A stretch of 64,000 nt of DNA, from the IMG/VR virus record IMGVR_UViG_3300046002_001774, positions 7,432 to 71,431 of that record. One strand, given 5' to 3'. Under the pieces are notes generated by a model that was not told where the DNA came from, ran no database searches, and saw only the letters and a program-made list of their open reading frames with translations. This document shows, piece after piece, positions 38,332 to 49,804 of the stretch. Made by a program: the position numbers and the translations under genes. The DNA is from a virus. The first letter of the stretch is position 1. Each line of letters begins with the position of its first letter.

Positions 38332-40002
38332 TTATATTTTGTTTATTTGAACTCTCCATCCAAAAGTAAGATTGCTTGGAGCGTTTGATGCTCTTCTAAC
38401 TGTAAACTGTGTAGATGTAATGGATGTTGTATCAACATATAAAACATCTGAACCCCAACCGCTTGTCGGCCAAATAATAATCAAATCAGAAGACGGAACT
38501 ATCCCTAAATTATGATTCAATATTACTGAGTTCGTTCCTGTAGTCATTATTCCATTGCCAAATGCAATATCTGGAGAATTTATGCCTATATTATTTTTAA
38601 TACTCCTATTAGACGAGCTTGATGCTATGTTTATATTATTTGAAGAATTTCCAAAAATAATATTATTTGTTATTACAAACCCATCAGAACCAGAATTTAA
38701 TGAAATTCCATTTAAAGTATTATTACGAATAATGTTTCCAGTTATGGTTGTATCTGTAACTCCAGAAGCTAAAACTATTCCATTTCCAGTATTTCCTGTA
38801 AATCCACCGCCTATTCCGATTGTTGCATTGCAAATCTTGGAATTAGATGTTCCAGCATTAAGAAAAATTCCATTTAAATTATTTGAAAATACTCCTCCAT
38901 TTATTGATACATCACTAATTGTTCCACCTGTTGTAATTCCTGATGAACTTACATTATTGACTGAGTGACAGGAATCAAAATATATTCCATTAACGATTCC
39001 TGATCCAGCGTTTACAATTTTTATTCCATCAGATGCACTTGAGCCAGTCCAGCAATTAGCAAATCTACTTCTAACAACAGAACCTGTTCCTGTTGGGTTT
39101 ATTTTTATCCCAGAATCAGAACTGTTATCAAAAAAACAATTATTTACATATAAACTAAATACATTTCCATCTGCTGTATTTGCGCTTTGAGTTGCTGTTG
39201 TTGGGTCTATAAGAAGTCCAACACCTTGTTGAATAACTGAAGTATTACTAATTATTAGTGCAGATGAATTTCTAACTCTAATTCCAGCACTTGAAATTTG
39301 CGGCGTTTGTGCGCCCATCAAAACATCATCAATTAACTGACTGTTATCTCCACCCTCTGAACGGATTCTAATTGCATTTGTAGCTCCATCTTGAAAACGG
39401 CCATGACGAATGCGAGAAACATTTCCAGTCATTAAAATTCCATTGAAATCTCCAGTCATATGAAAATCATTAATAAATGTTTCTGGCCCACTAAGCCATA
39501 CATATGATCCTGATGTTTGTGCAACTTGAGCAGCAAATTTTAATCCTTTAAATCCGCAACCATACCCAGCAGCTTTTATCAAATAACCAGATGTAGGACT
39601 GGCAAGACGAGAAAGAATTGTAGTAGAATCTCTTCCATCCCCATACATGACATTTCCATTTCCAAGATTACCTCCACCATCGTATAAATATGTTCCAGTA
39701 GGAAAATATAACGATTTTCTATTGCTAAATACGCTTGCAATTGCAGCTTGAATTGCAGCAGTATCATTTGTAACTCCGTCCCCAACAGCACCGAAGTCTT
39801 TCACATTGACCACATCAGCAAAGCGGTTTGCCAATGTCCTTGCCGTAGTCGATCCAGTTGCAAGAGCCGTAGCACTCGATGCTGACCCTACAAAGCTATT
39901 TGCCATGACTACGCCAGCGTTGCTGACAGTCATCTGGTCTACGCCTCCTACCCCGATGATTGCCTGTGTTCCGTCTACTGATGCTTTAATGTTTGCGCTC
40001 AT
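38332..40002 (-). CDS. Tailspike / depolymerase (pectate-lyase-like beta-helix), copy 1
   Basis: [37 protein letters not shown]; Asn/Gly beta-helix repeats. Confidence 0.85.
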   Translation of the reverse strand: MSANIKASVDGTQAIIGVGGVDQMTVSNAGVVMANSFVGSASSATALATGSTTARTLANRFADVVNVKDFGAVGDGVTNDTAAIQAAIASVFSNRKSLYFPTGTYLYDGGGNLGNGNVMYGDGRDSTTILSRLASPTSGYLIKAAGYGCGFKGLKFAAQVAQTSGSYVWLSGPETFINDFHMTGDFNGILMTGNVSRIRHGRFQDGATNAIRIRSEGGDNSQLIDDVLMGAQTPQISSAGIRVRNSSALIISNTSVIQQGVGLLIDPTTATQSANTADGNVFSLYVNNCFFDNSSDSGIKINPTGTGSVVRSRFANCWTGSSASDGIKIVNAGSGIVNGIYFDSCHSVNNVSSSGITTGGTISDVSINGGVFSNNLNGIFLNAGTSNSKICNATIGIGGGFTGNTGNGIVLASGVTDTTITGNIIRNNTLNGISLNSGSDGFVITNNIIFGNSSNNINIASSSSNRSIKNNIGINSPDIAFGNGIMTTGTNSVILNHNLGIVPSSDLIIIWPTSGWGSDVLYVDTTSITSTQFTVRRASNAPSNLTFGWRVQINKI

Positions 40003-40005
40003 AGT

Positions 40006-40089
40006 TTAAATATCGTATCCTTCTTTTTCCCAGCGTTGTTGCTCAACTTCGTAGTCTGGTTTGTCTTTTGTGTAATCGTAGAGGTTCAT
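40006..40089 (-). CDS. 27-aa peptide, copy 2 (direct repeat)
   Basis: MNLYDYTKDKPDYEVEQQRWEKEGYDI. Confidence 0.6.
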   Translation of the reverse strand: MNLYDYTKDKPDYEVEQQRWEKEGYDI

Positions 40090-40124
40090 TAGTTTTATTT
40101 AGTTTTCGCTCATAATACTATTAA

Positions 40125-41852
40125 TTACAATCCTTGGGAATACATATTGGGAGTAGAAGAATATGTAACAATTAAAGTTTTTCCAGAAGCTACAACAATA
40201 TAATTTCCTCCAGAAAGAACTCCCATAGTTATTCCAGAATTATTTAATGCAGTAACAGTTCCATTGGCAACTGTTACAATTTGTGTTGTTCCAGAGTTGT
40301 TTACGTAAGAAAATGGAGATGCTCCAACAGTAATTGTTTGTAATCCAATTGGATTATATCCGGGATTGTTAGTAATGGTTTTTTCAACATTACCACTTAA
40401 ATCATTAATTACACTTAATGCAGTGAAATTAGCTCCATTGTTTCCTGATACAAGAAATTTATCGCAACCATTCTCTATCTGAACAATATGCTCTGCAAAT
40501 GCTGCTGGATTAAATACTTCAACTGCGGTATTATTTGTGCAAGAAAACCTTTTTATATTATTAAAAATAATAAGTGCAGTACCTGTAAATGGATCAGTAA
40601 AAATATTATTATTAACATTAACTCCACGAATAGTTGCATTATTGGAATAAAAATTAATTCCCATATTATCTGTTTGATTAATATAATTATCGTGAATGAA
40701 TATTGCTCCTACTGAAGCAAGGTTTGTTACATTAAACAAAATTTGACAATAGGTTGCTTTTTGCATGTAACAATCTGCAATATGTATATTTGTAATTACA
40801 GAGCCATCGCCAGAAGCTGCAAAATTAAAACAATTTGTTGTTTCTTGATCTATTTGAACATTTGTAAACCATATATCAGACAAATATGCTCCATTACTAA
40901 CTGTGGCTTTAACGCAATTTTCTCCAGCATAAAAATCACAGTTAATAAAGTTGATTCCAGAAATACTATAGTTTCCAGATAATCCATTATATGGGCCAAT
41001 GTCAGATGAAAAATTGACTGCTATTTTTCCAGATTGATTAAGCGAAACAAATTGACAAGTATCAAATACAAGATCGCCAGTAAAATAACCATTTTGATAA
41101 ATATTTAAACATATATTATTTGTATCACTGGCTGGATTCCAACCAGAGCAGTTATTAAATTTAATCATTCTGGCGTGAACAATATTATATTGTATTGGAA
41201 ATCCAATAACATTTAAGTCTTGAATTGTGGAAAATTGATAACCATTGATATATGTTGGTTGAGATGGGTTGCCAATTTGAAGTCCACAAGTGGCATTTCC
41301 AGTATATCCAGATTCAGTTGTAATAGTAAATCCACCAATTACAAATCCAACATTTGATCCAGATGTTCCTAAAATATTAATTACTGGAGTTGCTGGAAAC
41401 GCATTTGATGCCTTGAAAAAAACTGATCCATTTCCAGCTCCTAAAATACTAAAACCATAACCATTAATGGTTATAGTAAGGTTAGATGAAACTTTATATA
41501 TGCCTTTCGTGATAATACCAAATGCTCCATTAGAAGTTACATAGTTAAAAAATGCTTGAATTGCGGCAGTATCATCAGCTACTCCATCACCAACTGCACC
41601 AAAATCCTTCACATTCACCACATCAGCGAAGCGGTTAACAAGTGAACGAGCAGTCGTGCTGCCTGTTGATTTAACAAGACCATTAATATTTCCGCTTGCA
41701 TCTACACTCAACACATCCTGCGTAGTTGCGTTAGCATTGCCCCGTGCCAGCTTAATCGTGCCGTCTGGTGACGATGGCACTGCCAGCGTGAAGTTCTGCG
41801 TTGCTGTTCCTGATTGTCCGATCTGGACTGCGTTTGCTTTTATGAGACTCAT
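40125..41852 (-). CDS. Tailspike / depolymerase (beta-helix), copy 2
   Basis: [28 protein letters not shown]; beta-helix body unrelated to copy 1. Confidence 0.85.
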   Translation of the reverse strand: MSLIKANAVQIGQSGTATQNFTLAVPSSPDGTIKLARGNANATTQDVLSVDASGNINGLVKSTGSTTARSLVNRFADVVNVKDFGAVGDGVADDTAAIQAFFNYVTSNGAFGIITKGIYKVSSNLTITINGYGFSILGAGNGSVFFKASNAFPATPVINILGTSGSNVGFVIGGFTITTESGYTGNATCGLQIGNPSQPTYINGYQFSTIQDLNVIGFPIQYNIVHARMIKFNNCSGWNPASDTNNICLNIYQNGYFTGDLVFDTCQFVSLNQSGKIAVNFSSDIGPYNGLSGNYSISGINFINCDFYAGENCVKATVSNGAYLSDIWFTNVQIDQETTNCFNFAASGDGSVITNIHIADCYMQKATYCQILFNVTNLASVGAIFIHDNYINQTDNMGINFYSNNATIRGVNVNNNIFTDPFTGTALIIFNNIKRFSCTNNTAVEVFNPAAFAEHIVQIENGCDKFLVSGNNGANFTALSVINDLSGNVEKTITNNPGYNPIGLQTITVGASPFSYVNNSGTTQIVTVANGTVTALNNSGITMGVLSGGNYIVVASGKTLIVTYSSTPNMYSQGL

Positions 41853-42412
41853 ACGATTGTATATGTGCTACCTGATGGTACTGTTAATGTGACTCCGGGG
41901 TTTACTGTGATTGGCCCTGCGGACATGGCGTTTTTGCCAGATGTGATTGTGTAATTGTCCGTCATTACAATGTCGTTTTCGTAAAACAATTTATTTGCGC
42001 CTCCTCCGACTGGCATACCAATCCCAGTCGCTCCAACAGGCCCAGTAACTCCCGTGGCTCCTGTGGCTCCTGTAGGCCCACCTGAAGGCCCAATGGGGCC
42101 AGTAGAACCAATAGGCCCAGTCGCTCCAACAGGCCCAGTAGCACCAATAAACCCTCCAGTATTTCCAACGCGAATGATGTAACAAAGCAATCCTTCCCCC
42201 TCTTCCCGTGGAATTCCAGCAATCGTTGCTGGTGAGGTTACAGGGTCACACGGAATATCCCAAACAACACGTCCGTTTAAAATTGTTTTATTAATTATAC
42301 CATATAAAGCAAAAACAAGATTCCCAATTAACGAAGGGGCAGACTCTGGTGAAACAGAAGGGTATGGAACATCTGGGCAACAAGTAGATGAAGATGTGTT
42401 AGAGCAAGACAT
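41849..42412 (-). CDS. Short collagen-like fibre adaptor
   Basis: G-X-Y run; C-terminal FYEND...[22 protein letters not shown] module. Confidence 0.7.
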   Translation of the reverse strand: MSCSNTSSSTCCPDVPYPSVSPESAPSLIGNLVFALYGIINKTILNGRVVWDIPCDPVTSPATIAGIPREEGEGLLCYIIRVGNTGGFIGATGPVGATGPIGSTGPIGPSGGPTGATGATGVTGPVGATGIGMPVGGGANKLFYENDIVMTDNYTITSGKNAMSAGPITVNPGVTLTVPSGSTYTIV

Positions 42413-42473
42413 GGGTTATTGTTTTTTGAAATTAAATGTAATTATTATTTAATGCAAGCATTATTTTTGTTAA

Positions 42474-44378
42474 TCATACCACTGTCCACACGCTTCCAGA
42501 AGGCACTGTTACTGTAACTCCACTAGCTACTGTTACTGGGCCAAATGTTCCTGCGTTTTTAGATACTGGAATGCTGTAAGATGTATTTACTGTTAGATCG
42601 TTAAGAAAGAAGATAGCGTCTGTTCCTGCGCCAGTTGCACCACCCGGTGATCCACTTGCCCCAGTCGCGCCAGTTGCACCTACTCCAGTCGCGCCAGTCG
42701 CACCCGTTGCGCCTGTGCTACCTTGATTTCCTTGAATGCCAGTAGACCCTGTGCTTCCCTGCGTACCTACGCCAGTCGCACCTGTTGAGCCTGTGCTGCC
42801 ATTAACCCCAGAAACGCCTGTTGCCCCAGTACTGCCCGTGGAACCTTGGCCTCCAGAAACACCAGTGGCTCCTGTGCTTCCTGTGCTTCCTGTCGATCCT
42901 TGAATGCCTTGGATACCTGTTGCACCCGTGCTGCCAGTTGCTCCTGCTGGGCCGGGTGCGCCAGAAAGTGATACGCTCCAGCTTGAGAATGAACCAGAAC
43001 CAGTAATTGAAGTAACATTTACAACCAATGCGCCAGTCAAACTATTATAACTAGTAACTGTCCCTTCCATTTTATTGGAAGAACTATTAGCTATAATAAC
43101 AGATTGACCAATACTCAACGCAAGTCCAGTGCCAACTGTTAAAGATTGTGTCCCTAATGCAATTGTTAATGGAGTGGAAGAAGATGTTGTATATTTATCT
43201 CCAGCAGTGCCTGTTGCGCCCGTGCTGCCAGTTGTGCCTTGGATTCCAGTCGCACCTGTGCTTCCAGTTGAGCCATTTGATCCAGCAGTTCCAGTCGCAC
43301 CTGTGGAGCCTTGACCACCAGTTAATCCTGTGGCTCCAGTGCTTCCCGTTGAACCATTTGATCCAGCAACGCCAGTTGCGCCAGTGCTGCCATTAACTCC
43401 AGAAACTCCTGTGGCTCCAGTGCTGCCAGTTGCGCCATTTGCGCCATTTGCGCCAGCAGTTCCTGTGGAGCCTTGCACACCTTGTACACCAGTTGCGCCC
43501 GTGCTTCCTCGCAGTCCAGTTGCCCCAGTTGATCCAGAACCAGTTGCGCCCGTGCCTCCTTGAGTCCCAGTAATTCCTGTTGCGCCCGTGGAGCCTGTCG
43601 AGCCTGTTCCCGTAGCACCAGTCGATCCTGTTAATCCTGTCGAACCATTTGAGCCAGCAACGCCAGTTGCGCCTGTACTGCCTTGAGTTCCCGCCCCTGT
43701 TGCACCCGTGGCTCCTGTTGGGCCTCCAGATGGCCCAGTTGCTCCTTGAACTCCAGTGGCTCCCAGTCCACCATCTCCAGATAACGCAATTTGCCAGTCT
43801 GAAAATGTTCCAGAACCTTGAGTTTTATCGACATTAATAGTTACAAAATTAGAAGCGACATTTATTGCCGTTCCTTCAACCCAGTCGTAAGGATACGCTG
43901 AATTTGCAACTGCTCGCAACCTAGATCCATATGTCCACCCAATATCAGCGGAAGCATAGTTAAATGTTCTGATTCCAACTTGAATTGGATGAGATGTAAA
44001 ACTTTGTCGAGTGATTACTGGAGATATTCCAGTTGCGCCAGTAGATCCAGATCCTGTAGATCCTGTCGAGCCTTGCACTCCAGTAGAACCCTGAACTCCG
44101 CTTGCTCCAGTGGCTCCAGAACCCGTTGCGCCAGTAGAACCCGTCAATCCTTGAGATCCAATGCCTGTTGCTCCCATCAAACCCGTTGCTCCAGTACCAC
44201 CCTGTATACCAATACCAGTAGCACCTTGTGGCCCAGTGGCTCCACTAGAACCGATTCCCGTAGCACCTGTAGCACCAGTGGATCCCACATAAGGCCAATT
44301 GCAGTCCATTGAATTTAATGGAGCGCAACCGCAATTTGTAGAGCTTTGTGGGCTTGGAATCCAGTTATATTGAGCCAT
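42474..44378 (-). CDS. Collagen-like (G-X-T) fibre protein
   Basis: Long GAT/GST triplet runs, two inserted beta domains, same C-terminal module as 41849..42412. Confidence 0.85.
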   Translation of the reverse strand: MAQYNWIPSPQSSTNCGCAPLNSMDCNWPYVGSTGATGATGIGSSGATGPQGATGIGIQGGTGATGLMGATGIGSQGLTGSTGATGSGATGASGVQGSTGVQGSTGSTGSGSTGATGISPVITRQSFTSHPIQVGIRTFNYASADIGWTYGSRLRAVANSAYPYDWVEGTAINVASNFVTINVDKTQGSGTFSDWQIALSGDGGLGATGVQGATGPSGGPTGATGATGAGTQGSTGATGVAGSNGSTGLTGSTGATGTGSTGSTGATGITGTQGGTGATGSGSTGATGLRGSTGATGVQGVQGSTGTAGANGANGATGSTGATGVSGVNGSTGATGVAGSNGSTGSTGATGLTGGQGSTGATGTAGSNGSTGSTGATGIQGTTGSTGATGTAGDKYTTSSSTPLTIALGTQSLTVGTGLALSIGQSVIIANSSSNKMEGTVTSYNSLTGALVVNVTSITGSGSFSSWSVSLSGAPGPAGATGSTGATGIQGIQGSTGSTGSTGATGVSGGQGSTGSTGATGVSGVNGSTGSTGATGVGTQGSTGSTGIQGNQGSTGATGATGATGVGATGATGASGSPGGATGAGTDAIFFLNDLTVNTSYSIPVSKNAGTFGPVTVASGVTVTVPSGSVWTVV

Positions 44379-44393
44379 AGAGAAGAATTGAAT

Positions 44394-44422
44394 TAATTAC
44401 ATTAAAACAACTATATTGTCAA
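44394..44422 (-). promoter_or_regulatory. Possible sigma70 promoter for the collagen fibre gene
   Basis: TTGACA-17 nt-TAATTA just upstream of ATG 44378. Confidence 0.4.
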
Positions 44423-44679
44423 CGTGTTTTTCTTTTATTTGAATCTTTGAAAAAATAATGAGGGACAGGAAATAGCGTTCCATTGACGTTTGGAACATAG
44501 AAGTCTTTTCTCTCAATCAAACCTAACTTTATTCCTGATGTAATTCTTTCTTTACAGGTAGTTTTTTTGACATTCCACATTTTACAAAGTTCGTTTTTAG
44601 AATACCATCCCTTTGGTGCTGGATCTGTGCATTTATTGCTTGCCTCTAGTAGAATTTTAAGAAAATCGTTTGGGGTCAT
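44419..44679 (-). CDS. Winged-helix-like small protein
   Basis: GWYSKNELCKMWNVKKTT helix-turn-helix pattern. Confidence 0.5.
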   Translation of the reverse strand: MTPNDFLKILLEASNKCTDPAPKGWYSKNELCKMWNVKKTTCKERITSGIKLGLIERKDFYVPNVNGTLFPVPHYFFKDSNKRKTR

Positions 44680-44680
44680 G

Positions 44681-45445
44681 TTAAATTGGCATTCTCCATG
44701 CTTCTCCTCTTCCTCTTTGCGTTATTTGAAGTGAAGATTGATTAAGCGATTCACAATATTCACCCCAACACCATGCTTGACACCAACTGAAAGTGCTTCT
44801 TCGGTTTTTAGCGTACTCTAACGCTCCCCTAGACGTTAATGTTCCAATATTGTAGCAAGTGCCACCATGATATGTTCTGGCATTCTGTATAGCAACACGA
44901 TGAGTATGTCCCATTACTATTTTACGTCTAGTCCCGTTGCAGTATTGTTCTGCCATGTCCCTAGCCGCAGATTCACCATAGCAAGTTCCATGAGTAAACC
45001 CAATATCTGCTATGTCAACGATCTGTTCAATTCCAGAATAAGGAATTAATCTAGCTTTTAACTTTTTAGTTGTGTCTTCAATTGCAGATACAATCTTATG
45101 AGCGCAATATGAAGTGACGGAATTTTTGCTGTGAGTTAGTTTCCATGCACGATCTTCATGGTTTCCACAAAGAACATAAGGATTCTTGCATCCAGCCATT
45201 AATTCACGAAGATGCATTAAACCTGTGTCAATGTCTGGAGTTACTTCATCTCCATCACTTCCAGAACCTATTCCATTGCCCATTAGGGCTGATAAATCAA
45301 TAAAGTCTCCAAGATGCAGGATTGTATCAGGTGAAAAACGCGATTTAAACGTCATTATAGCTTTCCAAGCATCTGGGCAACAATATTTCGCATGTGAACA
45401 ACTAACTGCTAGGACTTTTTTCCACTTGTGGGTGATATTTGCCAT
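44681..45445 (-). CDS. Calcineurin-like metallophosphoesterase
   Basis: SCSH, HLGDFID, GNHEDR, FTHG, GHTH motifs. Confidence 0.88.
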   Translation of the reverse strand: MANITHKWKKVLAVSCSHAKYCCPDAWKAIMTFKSRFSPDTILHLGDFIDLSALMGNGIGSGSDGDEVTPDIDTGLMHLRELMAGCKNPYVLCGNHEDRAWKLTHSKNSVTSYCAHKIVSAIEDTTKKLKARLIPYSGIEQIVDIADIGFTHGTCYGESAARDMAEQYCNGTRRKIVMGHTHRVAIQNARTYHGGTCYNIGTLTSRGALEYAKNRRSTFSWCQAWCWGEYCESLNQSSLQITQRGRGEAWRMPI

Positions 45446-45985
45446 TTATGTATTATCTACTAGTAAGTATGGTATGGTTTTTTGTTCGTATCTAGTCATT
45501 TCTGAGTAGACGAGATTGATGAATCCTTCCCATTGCGGTGGGTAGATCGTTTGGCAACCCAGCGAGGAGGTCGTATTGTATCCTCCCTTGTGGACGTTAA
45601 TAGCGATTCCCATATCGTCTCCAACCCCATCCCGTGTGACTGGCAACTCTTCTTTTGGGTTAGCAGGTCGAAGCGCAGGGTAACCACCTCCGGGTTTACT
45701 AAGACCATGATTGCCCTTACGAAACCTATGAATGCCCGTTTTAAGCACCGCAATACCCTTCCTGTGAACTGACGGATCAGTATTAGCATTGAAAGTAGCA
45801 TGGACGCTTGGAGATAAAAGTATAATCGCATCATCATAGATACCCCTTTGGTTGCCTGATGGAGCGAATGTTTCGGAGTAGTATCCACGGATTCCGACGA
45901 GCGCAACACGATCAACGATTCCCGATTTAATGACCATAGCGAGGGTCTTCTCCTTCGCTTGCTGCGGTCGAGAATTTGGAACCAT
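45446..45985 (-). CDS. Putative endolysin (L,D-transpeptidase/YkuD-like Cys peptidase)
   Basis: INVHKGG...SSLGCQT (H...SxGC); next to holin-like genes. Confidence 0.65.
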   Translation of the reverse strand: MVPNSRPQQAKEKTLAMVIKSGIVDRVALVGIRGYYSETFAPSGNQRGIYDDAIILLSPSVHATFNANTDPSVHRKGIAVLKTGIHRFRKGNHGLSKPGGGYPALRPANPKEELPVTRDGVGDDMGIAINVHKGGYNTTSSLGCQTIYPPQWEGFINLVYSEMTRYEQKTIPYLLVDNT

Positions 45986-46155
45986 TATTTATTAGAATCT
46001 TTGGCAAGAATAAGCCCAACTCCAGCAGTGATTGCAGCAAAGAGCAAGCCAATATCACCAAGGTTTCCGTTGCTCAAAAACTCTTTTCCTGCTTCAGAAA
46101 CTGCCGCAAGAATAGTAAATACTCCAAGTAGTGTAGTTTTCCAATTTGTTTTCAT
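45985..46155 (-). CDS. Holin-like two-TM protein (56 aa)
   Basis: Manual translation MKTNWKTTLLGVFTILAAV...FAAITAGVGLILAKDSNK. Confidence 0.7.
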   Translation of the reverse strand: MKTNWKTTLLGVFTILAAVSEAGKEFLSNGNLGDIGLLFAAITAGVGLILAKDSNK

Positions 46156-46319
46156 TTTTTTAGTCCTTTAATTTCTGGCAGTTCATAACAGAACTTGCCG
46201 TATTGCGTTTCGATACACACGTTTGGTTGCCCAAGTACAGAACATCCAGTTAAGAATGCCATTCCTAGCATTATGAACGATGTTACTATCATTGCTACTA
46301 CTATTTTTTTTGGTTTCAT
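46152..46319 (-). CDS. Small lipoprotein (spanin-like)
   Basis: MKPKK, hydrophobic stretch, lipobox LTGC. Confidence 0.6.
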   Translation of the reverse strand: MKPKKIVVAMIVTSFIMLGMAFLTGCSVLGQPNVCIETQYGKFCYELPEIKGLKK

Positions 46320-46489
46320 TTTAATATCTGTTTTACCATGTAAATGCAAGTTAAAATACCCGCGATAATACTGATTATTCCACCACCAACCCTAATTGAA
46401 GTTTCTATTTCTGGTAACATTGAAATTATAAATCCTGTGGTCGATACAATCGTACCTAAAATTCCGTGACTGGTTGCGTTGTCGTTCAT
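46316..46489 (-). CDS. Second small two-TM membrane protein (holin-like)
   Basis: Manual translation MNDNATSHGILGTIVSTTGFIISML...GGGIISIIAGILTCIYMVKQILK. Confidence 0.55.
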   Translation of the reverse strand: MNDNATSHGILGTIVSTTGFIISMLPEIETSIRVGGGIISIIAGILTCIYMVKQILK

Positions 46490-46494
46490 TTTAA

Positions 46495-48057
46495 TTATGG
46501 GCCAACAATTACATACAACGTGTTGGGGTCTGGAATCACTATTAAATTGTAGCCAGTTTGGGTGATTTCCACTAGATTTGTCAGTTGCGTTGCCCCTGTA
46601 AGACCAGTAATATCCGAGAGAACAATGTTTGCTGGTGTAACCCCTGTGGCTCCTGTGGCTCCGATCCCTGTAGCACCTGTCGCTCCCGTGGCTCCTTGAG
46701 TTGCTGGCGATAGAGAACTAACAACTTGAGCAATATGACTATCCTCAAAATGCATTGTCATTGTTTTTCCTCCAAGATCAATGGCATAAAACTTAACAAC
46801 AATCCTATCTGTAGCTAAAACATTTGTTGCAGGAACTGGAATGCTCCACAAATACAATTCGTTGACAGTTCCATCTGTGATTGGATGCGGATTAACAACA
46901 TTTGTTGCAATTAGCGTTTCTGTTCCAGCAAGATTTCGATAATAAATCTCACCATAAATTTTTGGTGTTCCTCCATTGGAACTCATCGAAACAAAATTTT
47001 CAAAATTCCAATTTCCTGCTGTAATTGTAGTAACATTAGGATCACTTGAAATTGTTGCAAATGATCCAACTAATTGCGCTCCTGCACCAGAAGCAGTAAG
47101 TGTTGTTCCGACTCCAATTACCAAATCACGATTCATTTCATAATATCCAAGGATATCTGATGAATCGGAAGGATTAAAATAATATGCTGCACCAGAACTA
47201 AATCCTTGCGGGCCTTGAATTCCAGTTGCGCCCGTTGCTCCGTTACTTCCAGCAACGCCAGTTGCACCTGTAGAACCTTGTCCTCCAGCAATGCCAGTCG
47301 CGCCGACTTCTCCTTGGATGCCAGTAGCACCAGTTGCGCCATCCAAACCATTCAATCCCGTTGCCCCAGTAGCTCCAGTAGCTCCGTCTGTTCCAGTTAC
47401 GCCTGTGGCTCCTGTAGAACCATCTAATCCAGTAGCACCAGTGTCACCTGTGGCTCCAGTGGCTCCTCTAACCCCAGTCAAGCCTGTAGCTCCCGTTGCG
47501 CCCGTGGCTCCGAGATCACCCGTTGCTCCAGTCGCTCCAACGTCTCCTTGGATGCCAGTTGCGCCAGTCGCTCCGACATCCCCTTGAATCCCAGTTGCGC
47601 CAGTGGAACCCGTGGCTCCGTCATTTCCAGCAACCCCCGTGGAACCCGTGGCTCCCGTGGCCCCAGTGCTACCATCCAAACCCGTGCTTCCCGTGGCTCC
47701 AGTCGAACCAGTAGCTCCATCTACTCCAGAAATTCCAGTGCTTCCAGTTGCGCCTGTGCTGCCATCAATTCCAGCTACCCCAGTAGCCCCTGTAGCTCCA
47801 GTGTCTCCTTGGATACCTGTAGCTCCCGTTAAACCACTTGCGCCAGTGTTTCCAGTTGCGCCAGTGGAACCCGTGGCTCCGTCATTTCCAGCAACCCCCG
47901 TGGCCCCTGTGGTTCCAGCCCCAGTCGCGCCCGTGCTTCCCGTGGCCCCCGTTGGGCCTCCAGATGGGCCTGTGGCCCCAGTGGCCCCAACTGCTGCGCT
48001 GGCTTGACTTCCAGTAAAATCAAGTTTACCAGTAAATGGGTTAAATGTGAGTGCCAT
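46495..48057 (-). CDS. Collagen-like (G-X-T) fibre protein
   Basis: [14 protein letters not shown] start, long GAT run, beta domain, C-terminal NTLYVIVG module. Confidence 0.85.
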   Translation of the reverse strand: MALTFNPFTGKLDFTGSQASAAVGATGATGPSGGPTGATGSTGATGAGTTGATGVAGNDGATGSTGATGNTGASGLTGATGIQGDTGATGATGVAGIDGSTGATGSTGISGVDGATGSTGATGSTGLDGSTGATGATGSTGVAGNDGATGSTGATGIQGDVGATGATGIQGDVGATGATGDLGATGATGATGLTGVRGATGATGDTGATGLDGSTGATGVTGTDGATGATGATGLNGLDGATGATGIQGEVGATGIAGGQGSTGATGVAGSNGATGATGIQGPQGFSSGAAYYFNPSDSSDILGYYEMNRDLVIGVGTTLTASGAGAQLVGSFATISSDPNVTTITAGNWNFENFVSMSSNGGTPKIYGEIYYRNLAGTETLIATNVVNPHPITDGTVNELYLWSIPVPATNVLATDRIVVKFYAIDLGGKTMTMHFEDSHIAQVVSSLSPATQGATGATGATGIGATGATGVTPANIVLSDITGLTGATQLTNLVEITQTGYNLIVIPDPNTLYVIVGP

Positions 48058-48089
48058 AGTTTATTCTTAATCGTTGCATTGCCTTTTTG

Positions 48090-48305
48090 TCAAGTGGTTA
48101 TCTCAGACTCAACAGGCCAATTTAATCCTTCTTTTACGATCTGTTCTTCGCACTCTTCATGCGTTCCTACAAACAATGTGCTTTGAGTTCCAATCGATTG
48201 ATCTGTTTGCTCGTAAAACATAATCAACTTATCGGTATATACCAATTTCCAATTGCCTACAGAGTCATCATATGACCAACCATTTTCGTTTGAAGGAATT
48301 ATCAT
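48090..48305 (-). CDS. Small fibre-associated protein
   Basis: 71 aa, ATGA-coupled to 48302..49162. Confidence 0.5.
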   Translation of the reverse strand: MIIPSNENGWSYDDSVGNWKLVYTDKLIMFYEQTDQSIGTQSTLFVGTHEECEEQIVKEGLNWPVESEITT

Positions 48306-49162
48306 GGGACAGTTACTGAAAGGGTTGAGTTACTAGAACTGTAAGTTGCTGTTGAACCAACAGGAAGACCAGTCCAAGTTACTGATGGGTATGAATTTGT
48401 TGTTGATCCTTGGAAAAAACGAAATGTTGTTGTTCCAGATGGAGGTGAAACATTAAACGAAACTGAAAGACCAGCACCCAATGTTGCTGTTGCAGTTGAT
48501 GCACCAGTTGTTTTGGAGGCTACTATAGAACCAGAGGTTCGGGATGTTGATCCTGTATAGGTAAGCGTTGCCGCAGTTAAATTAAGTGGGCCATTTCCTG
48601 TTTTGTTTATGCCTCCGCTGCCAGCGATATTGCCTGTAAGGGTTATTGTGTTCGCTAGGGAGGTGCGATATTGAAGTGAAGTATTAATTAGGAAATCATT
48701 GGGGAGAGTTACATTGCCTCCCGTGCTAATTTGTCCTGCGGCGTTGGATACGGTAAAAAGCCCAGTTCCAAATGCGTTAGAGGAGTTGAAATTTATTAGT
48801 GTGGCAAGCCCTCCAGAATTAAACGAGGTTCCACCAGAATAAGTATTGTTTCCGCCTATTGTTAAAACTGCTGTTCCAGTTTTTGCCAGCGATCCCGCTC
48901 CGCTAATAACTCCGCTTAATGACGATGCGCTTGTGATTGTAAGCGCGCCTTGGTTGATCTGCGTTGTCCCTGTATAATTGCAAATTCCCGAAAGAGTCAG
49001 TCCACCAATCCCGTTTTTGATTAAACCAGTTGTGCCAGTAATAGCGGTTGAGATTGTTGCGCTTAGATAGCACATAAACTGACGAAAAGATGCCGTTGAG
49101 GACGCTATTGTGGTTGCATTGCTTGCCCCTACTTTTGCTGCGCTAGAATTTGTTAAAATCAT
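48302..49162 (-). CDS. Fibre-tip protein with autotransporter-associated beta-strand repeats
   Basis: Three LxKxGxGxLTLxGxxxYxGxTxxxxG units. Confidence 0.75.
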   Translation of the reverse strand: MILTNSSAAKVGASNATTIASSTASFRQFMCYLSATISTAITGTTGLIKNGIGGLTLSGICNYTGTTQINQGALTITSASSLSGVISGAGSLAKTGTAVLTIGGNNTYSGGTSFNSGGLATLINFNSSNAFGTGLFTVSNAAGQISTGGNVTLPNDFLINTSLQYRTSLANTITLTGNIAGSGGINKTGNGPLNLTAATLTYTGSTSRTSGSIVASKTTGASTATATLGAGLSVSFNVSPPSGTTTFRFFQGSTTNSYPSVTWTGLPVGSTATYSSSNSTLSVTVP

Positions 49163-49746
49163 CCTACAATTATGTAAACTGTGTTAGCATTAATGCTAGC
49201 ACCAAGTGCGTTGTACCCAGCTAATGTGATTTGCATCATGTTAGTCAAGGCAGTTGCTCCTGTTGCTCCGCTTATGTTGCTACCAATCTTGCCGTTTAGA
49301 GCAGTCTGTGTAGCAGTTGAAATTGGTTTATTAGCATCCGAGGTGTTGTTGCAATTGCCAAGACCAACATCAGTCTGGTCGATTGTAACTGCACCAGTTC
49401 TTGTATTAACTGAGGTTACTCCAGCGACACTTCCAGTAATGTCACTCAGCGTAGCAATAGTACCAGATGCACTAGGTAGAACAAAAGTCTTTGTAGCACC
49501 TCCTGCCGTTATGGTGAGGTCGCTATTGTTTTGCAGTTCTAAGACCTGACTGCTATCAGGAGAATAAATTTCGTCGTGCGAATGCACAGACATTCCGCCA
49601 ATTTCTTGGATTACACCCGTGGATGGATGCTTGGCATAGAGTTTTTTATCTGCGTGATTTATGCAAATCTCACCAGATGCGAGATCGGAACTCTGCGGAA
49701 TTTTCGAGATAACCGATTTTTTAGGAACTATAATTGGATTAGCCAT
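49159..49746 (-). CDS. Fibre adaptor protein
   Basis: MANP...LASGEICIN N-module; VTSVNTRTGAV..DVGLGN.NNTSDANKPISTATQ; C-terminal NTVYIIVG. Confidence 0.7.
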   Translation of the reverse strand: MANPIIVPKKSVISKIPQSSDLASGEICINHADKKLYAKHPSTGVIQEIGGMSVHSHDEIYSPDSSQVLELQNNSDLTITAGGATKTFVLPSASGTIATLSDITGSVAGVTSVNTRTGAVTIDQTDVGLGNCNNTSDANKPISTATQTALNGKIGSNISGATGATALTNMMQITLAGYNALGASINANTVYIIVG

Positions 49747-49804
49747 TATGGAATGGGGTTGCCTCCAGAGGGGTTGAACCTCTGAAGGGCTTGGTGTTTA
49801 GGGA

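Noticed and set aside
38247-41852. Diversity-generating retroelement or invertase shufflon at the tailspikes
   Set aside because: No reverse transcriptase or site-specific recombinase in the window; the repeats are direct and lie outside the spike coding regions
42474-48057. Possible CRISPR array or DNA satellite in the repetitive stretches, and the overlapping PVAPV-type ORFs
   Set aside because: The periodicity is 9 nt from collagen G-X-T coding, with no repeat-spacer structure; the extra ORFs are antisense or shifted shadows
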